From an uncultured Bacteroidota bacterium (GTDB lineage: Bacteria > Bacteroidota > Bacteroidia > Flavobacteriales > Flavobacteriaceae): a stretch of DNA of 64,000 bases. The notes under the pieces were generated by a model. That model made no database searches and had not been told where the DNA came from. It saw nothing but the letters and a program-made list of their open reading frames with translations. How positions within the stretch are numbered: the first letter of the stretch is position 1; each line of letters opens with the position of its first letter. Below, piece by piece: positions 50,199 through 58,974 of this stretch. The position numbers were made by a program, and so were the translations under genes. The stretch lies in NCBI GenBank assembly GCA_903838055.1, contig CAILWV010000016.1:91252-155251 (forward strand), written 5' to 3'.

Positions 50199-51389
50199 AT
50201 GAACAACAACTCATTATCAGATAGAATTAACAACCTATCTACATCACAAACACTTGCAATGGCAGCATTAGCAAGAGAATTAAAGTCACAAGGAAAAGAC
50301 ATCATCAGTTTAAGTTTAGGCGAACCCGATTTTAATACGCCTGATTTCATCAAAGAAGCTGCAAAAAAAGCAATCGATGAAAATTATAGCACTTATTCTC
50401 CAGTTGATGGTTACCAAGATTTAAAAGAAGCTATTTGCCGAAAATTTAAACGCGATAATAACTTAGATTATAAACCATCAAACATCGTAGTTTCAACAGG
50501 GGCAAAACAATCATTGTACAACATCGCTCAAGTAATGTTAAATGACGGTGACGAAGTTATTTTACCAGCACCATATTGGGTTTCTTATTTTGAAATCGTA
50601 AAAATGGCCGGTGGAATTCCAGTTGAAGTTCCAACATCTGTAGAAACAGATTTCAAAATTACACCAGAACAATTAGAAGCAGCTATAACACCCAAAACTA
50701 AGATGATTTGGTATAGTTCTCCATGTAATCCAAGTGGATCTGTATATAATAGAGAAGAACTTACCGCCTTATCAAGAGTATTAGAAAAATATCCAAATAT
50801 ATTTGTGGTTGCAGACGAAATCTACGAGCACATCAACTTTTCAGGGACATTTTGCAGCATTGCATCTATTCCGGGAATGTTTGACAGAACGATAACTGTT
50901 AATGGAGTTGCCAAAGCATTCGCCATGACTGGATGGAGAATTGGATACATTGGAGCTCCCGAATTTATAGCTAAAGCTTGTACTAAAATGCAAGGTCAAG
51001 TTACTTCTGGCGCAAATTCAATTGCTCAAAGAGCAACAATTACCGCTGTAGATGCTGATCCTAGTGTATTAAATGAAATGGTTTCCGCTTTTAAAAGCAG
51101 AAGGAATTTAGTTGTTGGATTAATAAATGCCATTCCAGGATTGAAATTAAATGTTCCAGAAGGTGCTTTTTATGTTTTTCCTGATGTTTCTTCTTATTTC
51201 GGAAAAACCTTACGTGGAAAACTGATAAACAATGCAGATGATTTTTCAATGTATTTACTTGCCGAAGCTAATGTAGCAACGGTAACAGGAGATGCTTTTG
51301 GAAATCCGAATTGCATTCGTTTTTCATATGCTACAAGCGAAGAATTATTAACTGAAGCTTTAAGAAGAATTAAAGAAGCTTTGGCATAA
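50199..51389 (+). CDS. PLP-dependent aminotransferase class I (aspartate aminotransferase-like)
   Basis: GEPDF, SPCNPSG, DEIY and AKAFAMTGWRIGY. Confidence 0.93.
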   Translation: MNNNSLSDRINNLSTSQTLAMAALARELKSQGKDIISLSLGEPDFNTPDFIKEAAKKAIDENYSTYSPVDGYQDLKEAICRKFKRDNNLDYKPSNIVVSTGAKQSLYNIAQVMLNDGDEVILPAPYWVSYFEIVKMAGGIPVEVPTSVETDFKITPEQLEAAITPKTKMIWYSSPCNPSGSVYNREELTALSRVLEKYPNIFVVADEIYEHINFSGTFCSIASIPGMFDRTITVNGVAKAFAMTGWRIGYIGAPEFIAKACTKMQGQVTSGANSIAQRATITAVDADPSVLNEMVSAFKSRRNLVVGLINAIPGLKLNVPEGAFYVFPDVSSYFGKTLRGKLINNADDFSMYLLAEANVATVTGDAFGNPNCIRFSYATSEELLTEALRRIKEALA

Positions 51390-51415
51390 TATTCCAATAA
51401 AAACAATCTTATATC

Positions 51416-51449
51416 AAACCTCAAAATTCAAAACTTTGAGGTTTTTTTT
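51416..51449. terminator. Bidirectional intrinsic terminator
   Basis: AAACCTCAAA...TTTGAGGTTT plus T-run between convergent genes. Confidence 0.65.
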
Positions 51450-52005
51450 ATTCCTTTAATTCTCGAATAACCCTAGCAGGATTTCCAAATGCCAACGAAT
51501 TATTGGGAATGTCTTTTGTCACTACAGAACCTGCTCCAATTGTGCATCCATTTCCAATTTTCACACCAGGGCAAATTACCGCGTTTCCTCCTATCCAACA
51601 ATCGTCACCAATAGTAACAGGTTTAGAAAATTGTTTAGACTTTCTTTCTGTTGCGTTTAGCGGATGTGTAGCAGTGTAAATGTGAACTCCAGGGCCAATA
51701 AGGACATTAGAACCAATAGTTATTTTAGTTGAATCAAGAACAACACAGTTAACATTGAAATACACATTTTCTCCAGAATGAATATTATAGCCGTAATCAC
51801 AATGAAAAGGTGGCTCAATATAAATTCGTTTATTAGAATTTGGTAATAATTGTTGTAGGATATTTCTTGAATTTCCGTTCATTATGTATTCGGTAACATT
51901 CAATTTATGAAGTAGTTTTTTAGCATTATTTCTTTCGGCTACCAATTCTTTATCGTTGCCAAAATAATTTTCACCACTAAGCATTTTTTCTTTTTCGGTT
52001 TTCAT
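51448..52005 (-). CDS. Sugar O-acetyltransferase (Maa/LacA hexapeptide family)
   Basis: MKTEKEKMLSGE, PPFHCDYGYNI, PVTIGDDCWIGG and GNPARVI. Confidence 0.93.
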   Translation of the reverse strand: MKTEKEKMLSGENYFGNDKELVAERNNAKKLLHKLNVTEYIMNGNSRNILQQLLPNSNKRIYIEPPFHCDYGYNIHSGENVYFNVNCVVLDSTKITIGSNVLIGPGVHIYTATHPLNATERKSKQFSKPVTIGDDCWIGGNAVICPGVKIGNGCTIGAGSVVTKDIPNNSLAFGNPARVIRELKE

Positions 52006-52136
52006 AAGTCACTTTTAAACTCCACAAATATAACTTTTCTGTAATTTGATAATTGAATTTACTACTAGTAATAAAAGAAAAAGAAGTTTGTAAAGAAAAC
52101 CGTTAAGAATTGTAAATTTGTAACAAATTATAAATC

Positions 52137-52853
52137 ATGAAAAATACAGTTTTACACAAAGCCAATTCAAGAGGCCATGCCGACCACGGATGGTTAAATG
52201 CTTACCATAGTTTTAGTTTTGCCAGTTGGTATAATCCTGAGCGTGTTCAATTCGGAATGTTACGCGTTTTAAATGACGATACTGTTGCGGCAGGAATGGG
52301 ATTTGGAACACACCCTCACGACAATATGGAAATTATTACCATTCCGCTAGAGGGAGATTTGGCACATAAAGATAGTATGGGAAATGCAGCCACCATTAAA
52401 ACTGGCGATGTACAGGTTATGAGTGCAGGAACCGGAATTCAACACAGTGAGTTCAACCCAAATGCAGACCAACGCACTAAATTATTTCAAATTTGGGTAT
52501 TCCCAAAATATAGAAATGTAACCCCAAGATACCAACAAATAACTTTAGATATTACAGAACAAAAAAACAATTTTGCTCAGATTCTTTCTCCAAATGCTGA
52601 GGATGCTGGAGTATGGATCTATCAAGATGCATGGTTTTATTTGGCTGATTTTGATACTGGTTTTTCAAAAACCTATTCTATTAACAAAGATGGAAATGGA
52701 ATGTATGTTTTTGTAATTTCAGGAACTATTAACGTAGACGGACAAGAATTAGAAACACGTGATGGCCTTGGAATTTGGGATTTTGACACTATTGAAATTT
52801 CTGCTTCAACCGATGCTAAGTTTTTATTAATGGAAATTCCGATGAACCAATAA
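52137..52853 (+). CDS. Pirin family protein (YhhW-like)
   Basis: RGHADHGWL, HPHDNMEI and GIQHSEFN motifs. Confidence 0.95.
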   Translation: MKNTVLHKANSRGHADHGWLNAYHSFSFASWYNPERVQFGMLRVLNDDTVAAGMGFGTHPHDNMEIITIPLEGDLAHKDSMGNAATIKTGDVQVMSAGTGIQHSEFNPNADQRTKLFQIWVFPKYRNVTPRYQQITLDITEQKNNFAQILSPNAEDAGVWIYQDAWFYLADFDTGFSKTYSINKDGNGMYVFVISGTINVDGQELETRDGLGIWDFDTIEISASTDAKFLLMEIPMNQ

Positions 52854-52912
52854 CAATCAATGTTCAGAGCTAATTTTGAAAACACAAAGAAGCTTTAAAA
52901 TAAAAAGTAAAA

Positions 52913-53326
52913 ATGGTTCAGTATACAACAATTGTAATTGCTTCTTTAGAAAAGGTTTGGGAGCAGTTAATTTATAAAATTGAAAACCCAGAGAATTTTG
53001 TTCCAGGAGTAAGTGAAGTTGAAATAATTGAAAAAAATGAAAAATTTGTTGTCCGAAAAATGAAAATAACTCAAGAAAGTGGGACTTCAATTTTAAAAGA
53101 AAAAATTACATTCGACCCTTTCAAAGTTCGATTTTTATCTTTGGATCATCCAAGCATTGAAGGTTTTGTAGATAATGATATTCGATCGATATCTGAAAAT
53201 GAAACAGAAATGACTTTTAGCATTAATTGGATAGATAGAACAACAAAAACTGAAATTAATAATTTCGAAATGGTCAAAAATGCGGTCTTAAAGACTAAAA
53301 AATTTATTGAAGAAACTAATTGTTGA
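52913..53326 (+). CDS. AtaL/DUF1857-like SRPBCC-fold protein
   Basis: VWEQLIYKIENPENFVPGV...VVRKM pattern of SRPBCC/AtaL-like proteins. Confidence 0.6.
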   Translation: MVQYTTIVIASLEKVWEQLIYKIENPENFVPGVSEVEIIEKNEKFVVRKMKITQESGTSILKEKITFDPFKVRFLSLDHPSIEGFVDNDIRSISENETEMTFSINWIDRTTKTEINNFEMVKNAVLKTKKFIEETNC

Positions 53327-53915
53327 AGAAAGTTTCTGGGTAAATAATAATTTTAGCAATATATATCGGCGCGTCAAAAGTTGTGTTGAGTGCCGATTTT
53401 TTATTTAATAAATTTCGATAACCAATCCCAGCGCCTAATCCAATCCATTTTGTGAATTTATAATTTACTTGCCCTGATATTTCATTCACATATAAATTAA
53501 CATTAACATCACTTACAATGTCGTTATTTATTTCTTTGGTAAAATTAGGTCTTCCAAATCCAATTTGTTCTGTAGCAAAACATTCCCACTTTTTATTCTT
53601 AAAAAGAATCCAATCATTGAATATACTAAAATACCAAAAACTAATTTTGTTTGTCTCTTCCGCTTTGAGTTTCTTATTATAATAATCAATATAAACTGGA
53701 TTTACAATAAAGGAACTCCCAATTCCAATTCGTGTTAGTTTTTTATATTGCAATCCTACCTTTAGTCCAAAAACAGTTACATCCTTTCCTCTAATACTAG
53801 AAAATCTATTATCTAATTGGAATGCAAACTTCCATTTTTTTGGTGCTTCTTGACCATAATATGAAGAGGTTGAAAACAATAATAAACAAATAAGTAGTGC
53901 TTGTAATTTTTTCAT
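53316..53915 (-). CDS. Hypothetical exported beta-stranded (outer-membrane-like) protein
   Basis: Signal peptide starting at MKKLQ (53915); alternating aromatic/Gly beta-strand pattern. Confidence 0.55.
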   Translation of the reverse strand: MKKLQALLICLLLFSTSSYYGQEAPKKWKFAFQLDNRFSSIRGKDVTVFGLKVGLQYKKLTRIGIGSSFIVNPVYIDYYNKKLKAEETNKISFWYFSIFNDWILFKNKKWECFATEQIGFGRPNFTKEINNDIVSDVNVNLYVNEISGQVNYKFTKWIGLGAGIGYRNLLNKKSALNTTFDAPIYIAKIIIYPETFFNN

Positions 53916-54071
53916 TTTTGGAGGAACATTTATATTTGACAAATTTAACTACAAATTGTTTAACGTATAGGTTAATTATTTACTAAAAGTTTAAACAAAA
54001 AAGGCTAAAGATTAATCTATAGATTTTCACTATTTTTGCATCGATTTAAGCATTAATTTTAAAATTAAAAT

Positions 54072-54944
54072 ATGAAAGCATATATATTTCCAGGTCAAGG
54101 AGCACAGTTTACCGGAATGGGTAAAGAATTATATGAAAATTCGGAATTAGCAAAGTCTCTTTTCGAAAAAGCAAATGAAATATTAGGTTTCCGAATTACA
54201 GACATAATGTTTGAGGGTACTGCCGAAGAATTAAAAGAAACTAAAGTAACACAACCTGCTGTTTTCTTGCATTCGGTAATATTAGCAAAAACTTTAGAAG
54301 ATTTTAACCCCGAAATGGTTGCAGGACATTCACTTGGGGAGTTTTCAGCATTGGTTGCAAATGGAGCATTGAGTTTTGAAGACGGATTGAAATTAGTATC
54401 ACAACGTGCCATTGCAATGCAAAAAGCATGCGAAATTAAACCATCTACAATGGCAGCGGTATTAAATTTAGACGATAAAATTGTGGAAGATATTTGTGCA
54501 TCTATTGATGGAGTTGTAGTTGCTGCAAATTATAATTGCCCAGGACAATTAGTGATTTCTGGCGAATATAATGCTGTTGAACTAGCTTGCGAAAAAATGA
54601 AAGAAGCTGGAGCAAAAAGAGCTCTAATATTACCTGTTGGTGGAGCATTTCACTCGCCAATGATGGAACCAGCAAGAGAAGAACTTGCGGCAGCAATTGA
54701 AGCAACAACATTCTCAACTCCTATTTGTCCCGTTTATCAAAATGTAACTGCAAGTGCGGTTTCCGATGCTAATGAGATTAAGAAAAATCTGATTATTCAG
54801 TTGACCGCTCCCGTTAAATGGACACAATCAGTTCAGCAAATGATTAAAGATGGTGCTTCTAGTTTTACAGAAGTTGGCCCAGGAAAAGTATTGTGTGGGT
54901 TGGTAAATAAAATTGATAGAGAAGCAATTACAATAAATGCTTAA
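54072..54944 (+). CDS. fabD: Malonyl CoA-ACP transacylase
   Basis: FPGQGAQ, GHSLGE and GAFHSP motifs. Confidence 0.97.
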   Translation: MKAYIFPGQGAQFTGMGKELYENSELAKSLFEKANEILGFRITDIMFEGTAEELKETKVTQPAVFLHSVILAKTLEDFNPEMVAGHSLGEFSALVANGALSFEDGLKLVSQRAIAMQKACEIKPSTMAAVLNLDDKIVEDICASIDGVVVAANYNCPGQLVISGEYNAVELACEKMKEAGAKRALILPVGGAFHSPMMEPAREELAAAIEATTFSTPICPVYQNVTASAVSDANEIKKNLIIQLTAPVKWTQSVQQMIKDGASSFTEVGPGKVLCGLVNKIDREAITINA

Positions 54945-54999
54945 ATTTTATTTTTGGCATTAATCTTGCATAAGATATAGGGAACTAAAATTTATTCCC

Positions 55000-55257
55000 A
55001 TGAAAAAGATAATTCTATCCTTAGCAATTGCAACTCTATTACTTTCTTGTAAAGAAGAAACGAATGAAAAAGTTAAAGATGCCACTAAAGCAGTTACGGC
55101 AGATGTAAAAAAGTCTTTAGATTCGGTTGAAGAAAAAGCAAAAAAAGCAATTGACTCTTCTAAAATTAAGGAAAAAGCTAAAAGTCTTATTATTAAAGGC
55201 GCCGAAAAGGTAGAAGAAGGGGCAAAAAAAGTAAAAGAAGAAGCTGCTAAGAAATAA
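55000..55257 (+). CDS. Small K/E-rich helical lipoprotein
   Basis: Lipobox LLSC followed by KEE, then an amphipathic KEA-rich sequence. Confidence 0.7.
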   Translation: MKKIILSLAIATLLLSCKEETNEKVKDATKAVTADVKKSLDSVEEKAKKAIDSSKIKEKAKSLIIKGAEKVEEGAKKVKEEAAKK

Positions 55258-55260
55258 AGT

Positions 55261-55298
55261 AAATCCTCACAAGTTAAAAAATTGTGAGGATTTTTTTT
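55261..55298. terminator. Bidirectional terminator
   Basis: AAATCCTCACAA...TTGTGAGGATTT plus T-run, abutting the stop of toxin copy A. Confidence 0.7.
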
Positions 55299-55623
55299 AC
55301 AACTCCTTTGCTTCATTGCAATGATTATTGATAATTCCTGTAATCAAAAAAAGTTGTTCTTTCTTTTCAAAGAAAATATACAAAGTTGTTCTTTGATTGG
55401 ATTTGAAGAAAATGTAGCTGCTCCCTAAATATTGTAAAGATTTTGGAGTTTTTTTGTAGGTACCAGTTCGGATGTTTTTAGATATTGTATCATAAATTTT
55501 TATGACATACACTTCAGCAGTTTCTATAAATCCAAAATATTCTTTTTTGTATAATATAAAAACTAAATCATCTAGGTAACTAATTACGTGTGGAGAAAAA
55601 ATAATTTCTATTTTTTCCACCAT
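55297..55623 (-). CDS. Putative RelE/ParE-fold toxin, copy A
   Basis: 108 aa. beta-alpha-alpha N-terminus, TTLYIFF strand and C-terminal ITGIINNH. Overlaps the upstream small gene by 16 nt. The family call is inference. Confidence 0.55.
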   Translation of the reverse strand: MVEKIEIIFSPHVISYLDDLVFILYKKEYFGFIETAEVYVIKIYDTISKNIRTGTYKKTPKSLQYLGSSYIFFKSNQRTTLYIFFEKKEQLFLITGIINNHCNEAKEL

Positions 55624-55802
55624 TCCCTTATTAATCTAATAGATTCTTCTTTTGCTTCTTCTGGTGTTAAGCCATTATTAAACTCCTTATCAAAATCAAA
55701 ATTCTCTCTATCAATGCCTTTAAAACTTGGCTTTGAAGATGTATAAGCCACGGAAGGTTCTTCCGCTTTATGAACTTTAGGAGTTTGTTTATTTGAATCC
55801 AT
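55608..55802 (-). CDS. Putative antitoxin, copy A
   Basis: 64 aa, with acidic EEPSVAY and DRENFDFDKEF, upstream of and overlapping the toxin-like gene. ATG at 55802. Confidence 0.55.
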   Translation of the reverse strand: MDSNKQTPKVHKAEEPSVAYTSSKPSFKGIDRENFDFDKEFNNGLTPEEAKEESIRLIREWWKK

Positions 55803-55850
55803 AACTAACAGGTTGTCTAACAAATTTACAACTATTTTTTAAATAAATTA

Positions 55851-56168
55851 TTACAACTCCTTTGCTTCATTGCAATGATTATTGATAATTCCTGTTATCA
55901 AAAAAAGTTGTTCTTTTCTTTCAAAGAAAATATACCAAGTTGTTCTTTGATTGGATTTGAAGAAAATGTAGCTGCTCCCTAAATATTGTAAAGATTTTGG
56001 AGTTTTTTTTGGCGGAAAAGTGAAAATTTCAGCTGTAACAAATCCAACAATAGTATCAACATATTTTTTTGCATTCTCTGGAAAACTAAAATATTCCTTT
56101 TTAAAAAGTGTGAAAACCAATTCATCAAAATAATTTAACACTTCTCCATCAAAAATTACTTTTTCCAA
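55851..56168 (-). CDS. Putative RelE/ParE-fold toxin, copy B
   Basis: 105 aa, TTG start inside the antitoxin PWKK codons, TTWYIFF and ITGIINNH. Confidence 0.55.
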   Translation of the reverse strand: MEKVIFDGEVLNYFDELVFTLFKKEYFSFPENAKKYVDTIVGFVTAEIFTFPPKKTPKSLQYLGSSYIFFKSNQRTTWYIFFERKEQLFLITGIINNHCNEAKEL

Positions 56169-56353
56169 GGATAATTATCTATTCGTTTATGGATTGCATC
56201 TTTAAATTCTTCTGGTGTTAAGCCATTTTTAAACTCTTTATCAAAATCAAAATTCTCTCTATCAATGCCTTTAAAAATTGGCTTTGAAGATGTATAAGCC
56301 ACGGAAGGCTCTTCGGCTTTATGAACTTTAGGAGTTTCTTTATTTGAATCCAT
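56156..56353 (-). CDS. Putative antitoxin, copy B
   Basis: 65 aa, near-identical to copy A up to GLTPEE. ATG at 56353. Confidence 0.55.
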   Translation of the reverse strand: MDSNKETPKVHKAEEPSVAYTSSKPIFKGIDRENFDFDKEFKNGLTPEEFKDAIHKRIDNYPWKK

Positions 56354-56397
56354 AACTAACAGGTTGTCTAACAAATTTACAATAAATTCTTCAAAGT

Positions 56398-56431
56398 AAA
56401 AAATCCCAAATTATTATATAACTTGGGATTT
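56398..56431 (-). terminator. Intrinsic terminator after galE
   Basis: AAATCCCAA...TTGGGATTT stem with an A-run (U-tract on the minus strand). Confidence 0.65.
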
Positions 56432-56459
56432 CTTGGAACTAATTTATACAAAATGATAT

Positions 56460-57473
56460 CTATTTTCTAATCTTCTTTTCCCATTTCCAAGCACTCTCTA
56501 AAGCCTCTTCCAAACTCAGTTGCGATTTCCATCCTAACACTGAGTTAGCTTTATCGGTATTGGCGTAAGCCGATGTAATATCGCCTTCTCGTCTGCCTAC
56601 AATTTGATAATTTAATTTTTGTCCTGAAACTTTTTCAAAAGCATGAATCACTTCCAAAACCGAACTTCCGGTTCCTGTTCCAAGATTGAAGGTTTCTACT
56701 TTAGATACGTTTTGCTTGTTGATTAATCGCTTTAACGCAATTACATGTGCTTTTGCCAAATCAACTACGTGAATATAATCTCGAACTGCAGTTCCATCTG
56801 GAGTGGGATAATCGTCTCCGAAAACAGATAATTTTTCTCGCAATCCATAAGCCGTTTGGGTAATAAATGGAACTAAATTTTGAGGAACTCCAAGCGGCAA
56901 TTCTCCAATTTCAGCACTTGAATGAGCCCCGATTGGATTAAAATAACGCAATAAAATAGAATTTAAATTGGTGACTTTAGCAGTATCCGTAATTATTTCC
57001 TCCCCTATTTGTTTAGTATTTCCATAAGGTGACATTGCAGTTTGAATTGAAGCATCTTCGTTAATAGGCATCTTTTCGGCTTGACCGTAAACCGTACATG
57101 ACGAACTAAAAATGAAATTCGCATTTGGCAATTCCTTCAATTCTTGTAAAACATAAACCAATGAGTTTATATTATTTTCATAGTACAATAAAGGATTTTC
57201 AACACTTTCACCAACAGCTTTTGAAGCAGCAAAATGAATTAAACCCGCTATATCTTGGTGTTTTTTAAATAAATTTTGAACCGATGTTTTATCCCTTAAA
57301 TCCATCTTTTCAAAAATAGGTTTCTTGCCAGTAATATTAAAAATACCATCCAAAACACTTTCTGAAGAATTAGAAAGATTATCAATAGCAACTACTTCAA
57401 AACCCTCATTTTGTAATTCCACAACGGTATGGGAACCAATAAAACCTAAACCTCCTGTAACTACTATTTTCAT
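56460..57473 (-). CDS. galE: UDP-glucose 4-epimerase
   Basis: TGGLGFIGSH, KAVGES, YGNTK, LRYFNPIGAH and RDYIHV. Confidence 0.97.
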   Translation of the reverse strand: MKIVVTGGLGFIGSHTVVELQNEGFEVVAIDNLSNSSESVLDGIFNITGKKPIFEKMDLRDKTSVQNLFKKHQDIAGLIHFAASKAVGESVENPLLYYENNINSLVYVLQELKELPNANFIFSSSCTVYGQAEKMPINEDASIQTAMSPYGNTKQIGEEIITDTAKVTNLNSILLRYFNPIGAHSSAEIGELPLGVPQNLVPFITQTAYGLREKLSVFGDDYPTPDGTAVRDYIHVVDLAKAHVIALKRLINKQNVSKVETFNLGTGTGSSVLEVIHAFEKVSGQKLNYQIVGRREGDITSAYANTDKANSVLGWKSQLSLEEALESAWKWEKKIRK

Positions 57474-57552
57474 TTTTTTTGGATTATAGAGAAAAGACCA
57501 ATAGGAATTAGATTTTCCAATCTTAACTATAAGTCTATTATCTTATTGACTT

Positions 57553-58683
57553 TTATCTCAGATATTCTAAAATACTATCTGTAATAAATTTTATTTGATC
57601 GTCTTCTAATTCCGTGTGAATAGGTAAAGCTATAACTTCTTTACATAATTGATTAGTAACTGGGAAATCTTCTTCTTTATATCTTGCATCGGCATATGCC
57701 TTTTGGCTGTGCAAAGGAATTGGATAATAAATCGCACATGGAATTCCTTTTTCTTGCAAATGAGCTAATAAACCATCCCGTTTACCATTAGTAATTCGGA
57801 TTACATATTGGTGAAAAACATGGCAATCACAAGTATCACAAATAAATGGAGCCCAAATATTTGGATTCACACCCAATGCAATTGAATATTTTCTTGCAGC
57901 ATCTTGACGAGCTTTATTATACGTATCTAAATGTGGTAATTTAGCCTTCAAAACGCCCGCCTGAATACTATCCAAACGCGAATTCACTCCAACTACATCG
58001 TGGTGGTAACGCTCATACATTCCGTGATTTACAATTCCTCTTAACTTGTGCGCCAAGGCATCATCATTAGTAAAAATCGCACCACCATCACCATAACAAC
58101 CTAAATTTTTAGATGGAAAAAATGAAGTTGCTCCAACATGACCAATAGTTCCTACTTTAGTTTTAGAACCATCTTTCGAAGTGTAATCGGCACCAATTGC
58201 TTGGGCATTATCTTCAATTACATATAGATTATGTTCGGCAGCAATTTCCATAATCGCATCCATATTAGCAGCGCGGCCAAACAAATGAACAGGAACAATT
58301 GCTTTCGTTTTAGATGTAATTGCTTTTCGTATTCCATCTAATGAAATATTCATATTATTCATATCCACATCAACCAAAACTGGAGTCAATTGCAATAATG
58401 CAATCACTTCCACAGTAGCAGCAAAAGTAAAATCGGCAGTAATCACCTCATCTCCTGGCTTTAAATCCAATCCCATCATAGCAATCTGCAATGCATCGGT
58501 TCCATTAGCACACGGAATTACGTGTTTTACGCCCAAATATTTTTCTAAATCGGCTTGAAATTGGTGAACCAAAGGCCCATTTATATAAGTATTAGTATCT
58601 AAAACTTCCTGAATTGAAGCATTAACTTCGTCTTTTATTTTTTCGTATTGACTTTTCAAGTCAACCATTTGTAGTTTTTTCAT
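57553..58683 (-). CDS. DegT/DnrJ/EryC1/StrS aminotransferase
   Basis: NGTDAL, IEDNAQA, SFFPSKNLGCYGDGG and NSRLD. ATG at 58683. Confidence 0.95.
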   Translation of the reverse strand: MKKLQMVDLKSQYEKIKDEVNASIQEVLDTNTYINGPLVHQFQADLEKYLGVKHVIPCANGTDALQIAMMGLDLKPGDEVITADFTFAATVEVIALLQLTPVLVDVDMNNMNISLDGIRKAITSKTKAIVPVHLFGRAANMDAIMEIAAEHNLYVIEDNAQAIGADYTSKDGSKTKVGTIGHVGATSFFPSKNLGCYGDGGAIFTNDDALAHKLRGIVNHGMYERYHHDVVGVNSRLDSIQAGVLKAKLPHLDTYNKARQDAARKYSIALGVNPNIWAPFICDTCDCHVFHQYVIRITNGKRDGLLAHLQEKGIPCAIYYPIPLHSQKAYADARYKEEDFPVTNQLCKEVIALPIHTELEDDQIKFITDSILEYLR

Positions 58684-58761
58684 GGTATAAAAATTGGAAA
58701 CACAAAAGTATACTATTTCTTTTATTTGTAGCGAATGGTTAGTGCTTTTTTGCAAACCCTT

Positions 58762-58862
58762 TTCCTGTTTTTCGTTACAATCTGCACCTGCGAAGAACTA
58801 TAAAATTTCTAATCAAAACTCTCTTGTCGCAAGTACAGGATTTCCACTGCACTCAGGGCTAG
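58762..58862 (+). repeat. Structured intergenic element, Flavo-1-like/REP-like family, long copy
   Basis: CCTGTTTTTCGTTACAATC...long hairpin...GGATTTCCACTGCACTCAGGGCTAG. Confidence 0.55.
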
Positions 58863-58910
58863 AAAGTAAAGGCCTTTTGTAAAATTAAGTTTTCATAAGA
58901 CTAAAAATTA

Positions 58911-58940
58911 AAATCTACCTAAATCCGTAAAATCTGTATC
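58911..58940 (+). repeat. Three AATCY-containing units at 9-10 nt period
   Basis: AAATCTACCT AAATCCGTAA AATCTGTATC. Confidence 0.4.
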
Positions 58941-58974
58941 AAAAAAACTTAATTTAGCCAAACAAATAAACAAT

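Larger units (their letters stand above)
55297..56381 (-). repeat. Tandem direct duplication (units 55297-55830 and 55851-56381) with divergent centres
   Basis: Outer blocks: 159 bp with 4 mismatches and 175 bp with 6 mismatches. Central blocks of 200 and 197 bp are divergent. Confidence 0.95.

Noticed and set aside
55297-56381. The tandem duplication as a CRISPR array or IS remnant
   Set aside because: There are only two ~530-bp protein-coding units, with no short repeat-spacer pattern, transposase or terminal inverted repeats.
58694-58882. 62-aa minus-strand ORF as a leader peptide for the degT-like gene
   Set aside because: It overlaps a structured repeat and the promoter box, and has no informative codon bias.
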